DNA of 32,000 nucleotides from an uncultured bacterium (lineage in GTDB: Bacteria > Patescibacteriota > Gracilibacteria > UBA1369 > PNNO01). The translations under genes and the position numbers were made by a program. The stretch covers positions 660,001-692,000 of the forward strand of contig OY969931.1 of NCBI GenBank assembly GCA_963704705.1, read 5' to 3'. Below the pieces are notes generated by a model. That model had not been told where the DNA came from and did not search any database. It worked only from the letters and a program-made list of their open reading frames with translations. Shown here one piece after another: positions 17,816-25,964 of this stretch (position 1 is its first letter; the number at the start of each line of letters is the position of its first letter).

Positions 17816-19934
17816 TCTTTTTAAATTTAAAGTAAAGCTGAGAAATTAATAGAGAAATCAGAACAAACCAAATCATTTCCGGACCGGTTGATTCTAATTT
17901 ATTAGTTGTAATTGTTACTGTTTTCACTTGTGATTCGTCAGGCGGAGGTGTGAATACCTGCACTTGCGAGTAAGGAATTCCGCTTACTATGCTACTTTTA
18001 TTTGCACTCTCCTGATCAGCATCATCTACAGCAGCTACTGCAAAGAAATACTCCTGACCATTTACAAGATTAGGTATATACCAAGTTGTTTTATTATCAA
18101 ACGTATTAACTGCTCTATCTAAATTGCTTGGAGTAAGTCCAAAATATATTTTGTAATGATCAATACCTGAATCATCTGATGCCGGCTGCCATTTTAAAGT
18201 TACCTTAGCATCTGTTGAAACAACTTGTACTCCGAATACATCTGATGGTATTTGGTCTTCTTGTGCTACGGGTTGTTGTCCATCAATTAATCCATCACCG
18301 CCTTCGGTGATTTCTAATATTGCAACATTTGTGTAAGAACCTTCATTCCCAAGTTCATCAACCAAAATTACATCAAGCGGATATGTTCCTGGATCAGTTG
18401 GAGCCTGAATTGATGCGTTATATTTGGTAGGATCATTAGGATCTTGTTCAAGTTCAGCAATATCAACATTAAATACAACAGCTCCCTGAAATACATCTGG
18501 TTCTGAAGTTACAACAATATCCAAAATATCACCTGTTTTAATACCTGTTGATGGTGTGATTTTTATATTTTTTACTTCAGGTGGCGAAGTATCGATGTCG
18601 ATTTTTACTTCATCTGATGTATATTGAATTGTATCGTCGCTATCTAATGCAACCGCGATTAAAGTATGTGGTCCGTCTAAAAGCTCATCTGTTTGGAAAC
18701 TAAAAGTTCTGTCACCTTGTACTTCAGTTGAACCTAAAGTTACATCATTATCAAATAATTGAATCGTAAGATCAGTACTTGGTGCTGTTCCGGTTATTGT
18801 AAATTCTCTTTGACCGTAAGTACCAGCCGTAGGAGAGTCAATAACCAATTCAAAATCATTTCCGGTTGTAGTTTGCGGAGGCTGAGAACCAGTTCCAACA
18901 AAAATTTCTTCAGTTCCTCTAATTGTAAAATCACCCAAATCTGTAGCAACTACTGTATATGTTCCTGCTTGAGCGAAATTTAACGAAGAACCAGCGCCTT
19001 TAAATTCATGTGATCCGCTATCAAAATCAACATCAAACGTATAATCATTAGGTAAACTTGCATAAACACTGTTTGAACCTTCTACTGAAAAATGTACTGA
19101 TCCGGAATAATTAGGAACAATGCCTCCTTCTGAATCATAAGCCGTTAATGTGAATGGAGTATCTGAATTTGGTAAGATTGTTGCTGGAAGATTTTCAAAT
19201 ACAAGATTTGAAACTTCTCCGGCTTGCGCATAAGCGGTTTCAATAGAACCACCTGCGTTTTCCATACCTGTATAAGCTATTTCAACTCTTTTATCCAATA
19301 CTTTATTAGCTGTTGAATCCAAAAACGAATAGATTGAAACACCATCGCTTGTTGAAGATAGTGTGAAAATCATAGATCCGCTTTCATCTGTAAATGCTTT
19401 TTGTGATACTTTGAGAACCTGATCATTTGCTCTGCTTGAAATAACAGCAATTTCATGCCCTTTAATAGGGTTATCGTATTTATCTCTAAGTGTTATGGTA
19501 ACGTAAATTTTATCTGTTCCAGTTGCTTTAGCTACTAATTTCGAAGGATCAATTGTTGAATTTTCAGATGAAATACTGTCAGGAAATACAGTGAAAGTAT
19601 TAAAATTGCCATTTGTTCCGTTATCCAAATGCGCAGCAACTTTATATTCACCAGCTTCCTTTGTATGATAATCGTATAAATTGAATTCAGCAATTCCTTC
19701 ATCATTTGATAAAACTGGGATATTAAGCTCAGTGCCGCTTGGTTTTACAATGGTAAATACCACATTTTTATTTGCAAATGTTTTTGAACTATAAATTTGT
19801 GCTTCAAATCCTGCAATTGTATCCATTCCAAACGCTTCCAATTTAAATGGAGTCGATTCAGCTGATGCAATGCCAGCATTTAAAATTATTGTAGTCAGTA
19901 AGCCGAAAGCTAAATATTTGATTCGGTTTTTCAT
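17805..19934 (-). CDS. Secreted multi-domain surface protein (Ig-like/invasin-like, FN3), C-terminal TM anchor
   Basis: Signal peptide from M68 of the track ORF (MKNRIKYLAFGLLTTIILNAGIASAE); Ig-like modules; FN3-like VTLKWQPASDDSGIDHYKIYFGLTPSN...YFFAVAAVDDADQES; C-term ESTGPEMIWFVLISLLISQLYFKFKKKVC. The first 67 aa of the track ORF are probably non-coding. Confidence 0.85.
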   Translation of the reverse strand: MKNRIKYLAFGLLTTIILNAGIASAESTPFKLEAFGMDTIAGFEAQIYSSKTFANKNVVFTIVKPSGTELNIPVLSNDEGIAEFNLYDYHTKEAGEYKVAAHLDNGTNGNFNTFTVFPDSISSENSTIDPSKLVAKATGTDKIYVTITLRDKYDNPIKGHEIAVISSRANDQVLKVSQKAFTDESGSMIFTLSSTSDGVSIYSFLDSTANKVLDKRVEIAYTGMENAGGSIETAYAQAGEVSNLVFENLPATILPNSDTPFTLTAYDSEGGIVPNYSGSVHFSVEGSNSVYASLPNDYTFDVDFDSGSHEFKGAGSSLNFAQAGTYTVVATDLGDFTIRGTEEIFVGTGSQPPQTTTGNDFELVIDSPTAGTYGQREFTITGTAPSTDLTIQLFDNDVTLGSTEVQGDRTFSFQTDELLDGPHTLIAVALDSDDTIQYTSDEVKIDIDTSPPEVKNIKITPSTGIKTGDILDIVVTSEPDVFQGAVVFNVDIAELEQDPNDPTKYNASIQAPTDPGTYPLDVILVDELGNEGSYTNVAILEITEGGDGLIDGQQPVAQEDQIPSDVFGVQVVSTDAKVTLKWQPASDDSGIDHYKIYFGLTPSNLDRAVNTFDNKTTWYIPNLVNGQEYFFAVAAVDDADQESANKSSIVSGIPYSQVQVFTPPPDESQVKTVTITTNKLESTGPEMIWFVLISLLISQLYFKFKKKVC

Positions 19935-20069
19935 TTTTTTATTTTGATATCTTAGATATTTCTTAATATTATACCAAAAAAATGATTTTTTTACAATGTT
20001 TAAGGCTATATAATTGATTTTTTTTACATCATAACATAAGATTTTTTTGATATTTATTAATTTTTTATT

Positions 20070-20972
20070 ATGGATAAGGTTGATTTGATATGGATGAATG
20101 GCGAGTTTATACCTTGGGATAAAGCAAAAGTGCATGTTTTATCTCATTCTTTGCATTATGGAAGCGGTGTTTTTGAAGGAATTAGATTTTATGAAACAGC
20201 AAGCGGGAAAACCGCAATATTTAGATTAAAAGAGCACGTTGAAAGGCTTTATTTTTCTGCTAAAACTCTAGAAATGGAAATTCCATATTCAAAAGAAGAA
20301 ATTGAAAATATAATTCTTGAGACAATTAGAAAAAATAATGTTAAAGCAGGCTATATAAGACCTATAATTTTTTATGGATATGGTAAAATGGGTTTAAATC
20401 CTAAAGGTGCTGATTTGGATATTTGTATTGCTGTATGGCCTTGGGGATCATATTTAGGTGAGGATATGGTAAAAGTAAAAACTTCTTCAATTATAAGAAT
20501 CCATCCAAGAAGTTCAGAAACAAAAGCAAAAATAACCGGACATTACTCGAATTCAATTCAGGCCCATCTGGAAGCTGTAAATGCCGGATTTGATGAAGCT
20601 CTGTTACTTGATTTTGAGGGAAATGTTGCAGAAGGGCCGGGTGAAAATATATTTATGGTCAAGAATAACCAATTAATAACTCCTCAGGAAGGCAATATAC
20701 TTATTGGTGTTACGCGTGATTCAATTTTTAAAATTGCAGCTGATAATAATATTGAAGTAAATGAAAAATTGATTACTTTAGATGAATTGAAACAGTCTGA
20801 CGAAGCATTTTTTACTGGAACAGCTGCCGAAGTTACACCTATAAAACAAATTGATGAAACTATTGTTGGCGATGGAAAAACCGGACCGATTACAATTAAG
20901 TTAAAAACCTTATTTGAAGATGCAATTCATGGTAAAATAGACCAGTATTCAGAATGGTTAACTTATGTTTAA
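20070..20972 (+). CDS. ilvE: Branched-chain amino acid aminotransferase
   Basis: WMNGEFIPWDKAKVHVLSHSLHYGSGVFEGIRFYET, ITGHYSNSIQAHLEAVNAGFDEALLLD, VAEGPGENIFMVK, FFTGTAAEVTPI. Confidence 0.94.
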   Translation: MDKVDLIWMNGEFIPWDKAKVHVLSHSLHYGSGVFEGIRFYETASGKTAIFRLKEHVERLYFSAKTLEMEIPYSKEEIENIILETIRKNNVKAGYIRPIIFYGYGKMGLNPKGADLDICIAVWPWGSYLGEDMVKVKTSSIIRIHPRSSETKAKITGHYSNSIQAHLEAVNAGFDEALLLDFEGNVAEGPGENIFMVKNNQLITPQEGNILIGVTRDSIFKIAADNNIEVNEKLITLDELKQSDEAFFTGTAAEVTPIKQIDETIVGDGKTGPITIKLKTLFEDAIHGKIDQYSEWLTYV

Positions 20973-22537
20973 TGTATAAAAAAATTCTTCCGTTATTTAT
21001 CTTGATTGTATTTATTGCTTTGCCTTTTACTGCGTTTGCGCAACAAGCTGAAGCAACTGAGAGTCCAAACTATATTGGAGATGCTGTTTTTGAAGCTATA
21101 ATTACTGCTAGCAGCAGTGTTCAGCAAAATAAAAATATCATTTTCGATGCAACAAAAAGCACACATCCTGATCCAAATGCAAAAATTACCTATAGTTGGG
21201 ATTTTGGTGATGGTAACAAAAAAGAAGGACCGGAAGTAGTGCATAATTATACTGAATTGGGTCCTAAAACTGTCACACTTACTGCAAATGACGGGACTGA
21301 ATCTGTATCTACCACAAAAGAAATTTTTGTACATAAAAAAATTATTATATTAATTACTGATAAAGCTGATTTAAAAGAACGTCTCGATGGATTTACAAAT
21401 TATGCGAGAGATCGTGACAATGAGATTTTATTATACGAAAGTTATGATTCAGCTACAGAATTTATTTCAGAAGAAGTACTTGAAAGAAAATTAAGCGAAA
21501 ATATTGACAACTTAAGAAAAATCGATGAAATAATAGTATGGACTGACGGAGACTCTGGTTTAAATGCGTTATCCCGTGTAAAGCAAAATCAGGCTGCCCT
21601 TGATCCGCCGCTTACATTTGATAAAAAAACTATTTTAGTTCTTAAAGATGCGGATGAAAATCTGGGCCAGCTTCAAAGGCATTACGAATTGTTAAAGCCT
21701 GAAAATATTATTATTGCCAAAGAAGCTGCTTTTTACGCATTAATCGACAGTGACAATTCAACTGATTTTATTAATAAATTAAAAAATGACGGTTACGAAT
21801 ATAATTTGATTAATGTTGAAACAGGAACACTTCAGATTTGGAACTTTATGTCATATTTTGTTAATTACCTGATCGACAGCGGAATTCCTGCAAATACTGT
21901 TATTTTGATTTTAATGTTACCTGTAATTGCGACAATAGTCGCGTTTATGAAACAAATAGTGGGATTAACCACATTTGGTGTTTATACTCCTTCAATTATA
22001 ACTTTAACTTTTTGGATTTTAGGTCTTAAATTCGGCATTCTAACTTTAATTGTGATTCTTTTGGTTGGTACAGGCGTACGAATTGCCTTAAGCAGATTCA
22101 GACTATTATATATCCCGAAAATGGCGGTTGTATTATCAACTGTAGCATTAGCCATATTCGCACTTTTGATTATTTCAATTAGATTCAATCTATTTGATGC
22201 TCAATTTTTCTCTTTATCAATATTCCCAATGTTAATTTTGAGTACTTTGACTGAAAAATTTGTAAATGTTCAAACAGGAAAAGGATTTAACCGTGCATTA
22301 ATATTGGTTTTGCAGACATTATTGGTAGCAATAATCGCATACATTGTTATAGGCGGTGAAATTGACTTTTTCTTGTTCAAACTTAAGTTCTCGGCATTGC
22401 AGGGCTTCATCCTTGCTTATCCTGAAGTGATTTTATTATTTATAATTGTAAATATATTCCTTGGAAGATGGACAGGATTAAAATTATTGGAATATGTAAG
22501 ATTCAGAGAGGTGCTGCGTCACGTTGAAGAAGAATAA
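20972..22537 (+). CDS. PKD-domain + Rossmann-like region + 7TM protein (7TM_transglut-type membrane domain)
   Basis: Start MYKKILPLFILIVFIALPFTAFA (signal peptide) overlapping the ilvE stop as TAATG; PKD motif ITYSWDFGDGNKKEGPEVVHNYTELGPKTVTLTANDG; membrane domain with GLTTFGVYTPSIITLTFWILGLKFGILTLIVILLVGTGVRIALSRFRLLYIPKMAVV. Confidence 0.78.
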   Translation: MYKKILPLFILIVFIALPFTAFAQQAEATESPNYIGDAVFEAIITASSSVQQNKNIIFDATKSTHPDPNAKITYSWDFGDGNKKEGPEVVHNYTELGPKTVTLTANDGTESVSTTKEIFVHKKIIILITDKADLKERLDGFTNYARDRDNEILLYESYDSATEFISEEVLERKLSENIDNLRKIDEIIVWTDGDSGLNALSRVKQNQAALDPPLTFDKKTILVLKDADENLGQLQRHYELLKPENIIIAKEAAFYALIDSDNSTDFINKLKNDGYEYNLINVETGTLQIWNFMSYFVNYLIDSGIPANTVILILMLPVIATIVAFMKQIVGLTTFGVYTPSIITLTFWILGLKFGILTLIVILLVGTGVRIALSRFRLLYIPKMAVVLSTVALAIFALLIISIRFNLFDAQFFSLSIFPMLILSTLTEKFVNVQTGKGFNRALILVLQTLLVAIIAYIVIGGEIDFFLFKLKFSALQGFILAYPEVILLFIIVNIFLGRWTGLKLLEYVRFREVLRHVEEE

Positions 22538-22548
22538 CTTTATAGCCA

Positions 22549-24945
22549 ATGTTCTTATTAAATGACAAAGGGATTTTAGGATTAAATGCAAGAAATTTGT
22601 TGTACATAAGGCCGTATAACCAAAAGAAAACAATAAAACTTGCCGACGATAAGATTAAAACTAAAAAGTTTCTATCTGCCCGGGGTATTCCTGTTCCAAA
22701 ATTATATGCTTCAATAAGAACAAAACAGGAATTGGAAAAATTTGATTTTCATTCTTTACCAAATACTTTTATTTTAAAACCTAATCATGGTTTTGGAGGA
22801 GAGGGGATTATTCCTATTACAAGCAAACGCGGTGATCATTTTGTAAAATCTTCCGGTAAAAAAATAACAAAAGCTGAATTAATAGATCAAATCTCCGATA
22901 TATTGGATGGCCGTTATTCGATTTCAAATGTTGGTGATACAGCTTTTTTCGAACAGCTAATTATCTCGAATGAATCACTTGGTAATTATTCTTATAGAGG
23001 ATTGCCTGATATTCGCGTAGTTGTTCATAATTTAATTCCGGTTATGGCTATGTTAAGACTTCCAACTAAAGAGTCCGGAGGTAAAGCCAATCTGCATTTG
23101 GGTGCTGTGGGTGTTGGAATTGATATTGCAAAAGGTGAATGTACATATATTGCCTATAAAAACAAAATTATAGACGAAGTACCTGGTGTTGGACCGATTA
23201 AAGGTTTAAAAATTCCTTATTGGGAAGATATTCTGATGGTTGCGTCAAAATGTCAGCTTATTACAAATCTTGGTTATATGGCTGCTGATATTGCAATTGA
23301 TAAAACAAGCGGTCCTGTTTTGCTTGAAATCAATGCAAGAGCAGGACTAGGGGTGCAAATTGCAAATCTTGCACCGCTTAAAAAAAGACTTCAAAGAATT
23401 GAAGGAGTGAAAGTAACAACTCCTGTAAAAGGTGTTCGCATAGCAAAAGATATGTTCGGAAATGTAGTGGAGAAAGAAGTGCAGCATATTTCAGGTAAAA
23501 ATATTATTGGAATTGAAGAAGTTGTTGAAATTAATTTGAAGGATGGGGTAAGAAGAGTTAATGCAAAAATGGATTCGGGTGTTGAAAGGAGCATAATCAA
23601 TGAAAAATTCGCAATTGATAATGATTTATTAAAAGAAGAATATGAATATGATGACGAAAAATCTACTGTTAAATTAAAGCTTTCTGTTGCTGATGAGAGA
23701 ATTCAGACAGTTGCAGATATTGAGAAAATTACAGAAGGAGATTACACGATTATTATTGGCAGACGTGATTTGTCTAATTTCTTTATCGATCCTTCTAAAA
23801 AGATTCAAAAGGCCGAATTGCCAACTGAAATTTCTAAAAAAGAAAAACCAAAAAAAGAAATATCATTAACAAGTAGTGTGAATTTTGCTGAAATAGATCA
23901 AAAATTAATTAAAATTGATGAAAGGTTAAAACTTTTATATCATCTAAGGCCATTAAACCTTGAAGAACAAAAACAAGAATTTTTCAAGAATTTTAAGAAA
24001 AATCCTGAATTTGAATATGCTGAACTTAAATTTGATACGTATTCTTTACGCAAAGAACTTGAACAAATAATAACTGATGATTCATCTCTTGGAATTTTAT
24101 TTGAAAAAAAGAAGAAAGAAATTGCTAAAAAAATTAATTTATTGGATTTCAGAGGTTATTCTCAGGAATTTACAGAAGCATCCATTGAACTTTATGGCAT
24201 TCCATCACCTGAGCTTGTACAGGAAGCCACTGATTTACTTCTAAAATCAGAAGGTGAGTTTTCTCAGCCAAATGGAACTATAACAGCGGAAGAAGCAAAG
24301 AAAACAATGGACAATGTATTCAAAGATTACGGTTTAACAAATTGGGAAGTAAAAATTAAAGAAAGTATGGTTTCTGATGCAATTGCAGGTAAAAACAACA
24401 GATTGTTCTTAAGAAAAGGTGCTACTTTTACTGAAAGCAGAATTGATAATTTAATAATTCATGAAATTGAAACACATATATTAACCGCTGAAAACGGCAA
24501 ATCGCAGCCTTACGAATTATTTAACAGAGGTTTGGCAAATTATCTTGAGACGCAGGAAGGTTTGGCAATTTATAATATTTTAAATAAAAAGCACGAAGAA
24601 GCTAAAAATTTATATCTTTCATTATCCCTTGTGGTTGCTGTTGATATGGCGTTACGACATTCATTTGTACAGATTTTTGAAAAAATGCTTGGATTTAAAA
24701 TTCCTCCTGAAAGAGCATTTAGAACCGCTGTTAAAGTAAAACGCGGATTAGAAAACACTGAAGAAGCTGGTGGCTTTACAAAAGATTTCTTATATTATAA
24801 AGGATATAAACAAATCAAAGAGTTTGTTTCTACAGGTGGGGCAATAAAAGACTTATACAGAGGTAAATTCAATGCCAACGATATTGAATATGTACTTCAG
24901 GTACCTAATATAAAAGTGTCCAAATATCTTCCAAAATGGCTTTAA
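22549..24945 (+). CDS. Three-domain fusion: RimK-like ATP-grasp ligase + retropepsin-like domain + DUF1704/MATCAP-like metallocarboxypeptidase domain
   Basis: (i) GILGLNARNLLYIRPYNQKKTIKLADDKIKTKKFLSARGIPVP...DIRVVVHNLIPVMAMLRLPTKESGGKANLHLGAVGVGIDIA...LLEINARAGLGVQIAN; (ii) GIEEVVEINLKDGVRRVNAKMDSGVERSII...IIIGRRDLSNFFIDPSK; (iii) ELYGIPSPELVQEA...LIIHEIETHILTAENG...YLETQEGLAIY...FTKDFLYYKGYKQI...YLPKWL. Confidence 0.85.
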   Translation: MFLLNDKGILGLNARNLLYIRPYNQKKTIKLADDKIKTKKFLSARGIPVPKLYASIRTKQELEKFDFHSLPNTFILKPNHGFGGEGIIPITSKRGDHFVKSSGKKITKAELIDQISDILDGRYSISNVGDTAFFEQLIISNESLGNYSYRGLPDIRVVVHNLIPVMAMLRLPTKESGGKANLHLGAVGVGIDIAKGECTYIAYKNKIIDEVPGVGPIKGLKIPYWEDILMVASKCQLITNLGYMAADIAIDKTSGPVLLEINARAGLGVQIANLAPLKKRLQRIEGVKVTTPVKGVRIAKDMFGNVVEKEVQHISGKNIIGIEEVVEINLKDGVRRVNAKMDSGVERSIINEKFAIDNDLLKEEYEYDDEKSTVKLKLSVADERIQTVADIEKITEGDYTIIIGRRDLSNFFIDPSKKIQKAELPTEISKKEKPKKEISLTSSVNFAEIDQKLIKIDERLKLLYHLRPLNLEEQKQEFFKNFKKNPEFEYAELKFDTYSLRKELEQIITDDSSLGILFEKKKKEIAKKINLLDFRGYSQEFTEASIELYGIPSPELVQEATDLLLKSEGEFSQPNGTITAEEAKKTMDNVFKDYGLTNWEVKIKESMVSDAIAGKNNRLFLRKGATFTESRIDNLIIHEIETHILTAENGKSQPYELFNRGLANYLETQEGLAIYNILNKKHEEAKNLYLSLSLVVAVDMALRHSFVQIFEKMLGFKIPPERAFRTAVKVKRGLENTEEAGGFTKDFLYYKGYKQIKEFVSTGGAIKDLYRGKFNANDIEYVLQVPNIKVSKYLPKWL

Positions 24946-25964
24946 AGAATTAACATAACATCTCCAAAACTATAGAATCTATATTTGTTTTCGATTGCTT
25001 TTTCATAAGCTTCAAACACAAAATCTTTTCCTGCAAATGCACTTATTAACATTAAAAGTGTACTTTGCGGCAAATGGAAATTGGTAAGCATTACATCAAC
25101 AGCTTTAAATTTATATCCTGGATAAATAAAAATATCAGTTTCATTGCATTCTTCATGAAATTTACCATTTTTTATATTTGATTCAAGCGTTCTTACCGAA
25201 GTAGTGCCTACTGCAAGTATTTTTTTGTTTAATTTTTTTGATTCATTAAGAAATTCAGCAGTACTTTTTGTTATGCTATACCATTCTGAGTGCATTTTAT
25301 GATCTTTAATATTTTCAGTTTTGACAGGTAAAAATGTTCCTCTGCCAACATGTAAAGTAGTAAATGTTTTTTTAATTCCTTTTGATTCAAGCTTGTTGAA
25401 AATATCATTGGTAAAGTGCAATCCAGCTGTAGGGGCTGCAATACTTCCTGAATCTTTAGAATAAATTGTCTGATAGTCATCAAAACTGGCCTTAGAGTTT
25501 TTTATGTACGGAGGGAATGGGGGATAGCCATTATCTTCAATCCATTTATCGAGCGAAGTAAGATTAAGGAATTCTATTTTCCTCGTTCCGTCATCAAAAA
25601 TTTCAATTATTTTTGCTTCAATTGTATTTATTTTTCCAATTACCTTAAAAATTATGTCTTTTTTGAATTTTTTACCAGGTTTTACCATTGCTTTCCAGGT
25701 GTTTTCAGAATATTTTTTTAATAACAATAATTCACCTTTGCTTCCATCAATTTCAACATACAGACGAGCTGCAATTACTTTTGAATTATTTAAAACAATT
25801 ACATAATTATCATTTAAAATATAGGGAAGTTCATTAAAAACCCTGTGTTCAATTGTCTTTTTGCTTCTATTCAGAACCATTAATTTTGAAGTATCCCTCG
25901 GATAAACAGGCTTACTTGCAATTAACTCCTTTGGAAGTATGTAATCGAAATCTTTAGTTAACAT
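24942..25964 (-). CDS. queA: S-adenosylmethionine:tRNA ribosyltransferase-isomerase
   Basis: LPKELIASKPVYPRDTSKLMVLNR, YSKDSGSIAAPTAGLHFTNDI, TLHVGRGTFLPVK, NFHLPQSTLLMLISAFAG. Confidence 0.95.
   Translation of the reverse strand: MLTKDFDYILPKELIASKPVYPRDTSKLMVLNRSKKTIEHRVFNELPYILNDNYVIVLNNSKVIAARLYVEIDGSKGELLLLKKYSENTWKAMVKPGKKFKKDIIFKVIGKINTIEAKIIEIFDDGTRKIEFLNLTSLDKWIEDNGYPPFPPYIKNSKASFDDYQTIYSKDSGSIAAPTAGLHFTNDIFNKLESKGIKKTFTTLHVGRGTFLPVKTENIKDHKMHSEWYSITKSTAEFLNESKKLNKKILAVGTTSVRTLESNIKNGKFHEECNETDIFIYPGYKFKAVDVMLTNFHLPQSTLLMLISAFAGKDFVFEAYEKAIENKYRFYSFGDVMLIL

Noticed and set aside
19935-20135. N-terminal 67-aa extension of the surface protein in the supplied ORF track
   Set aside because: A clean signal peptide starts at MKNRIKYL (19934); the extension overlaps the ilvE 5' region and is K/I/N-rich like translated AT-rich spacer.
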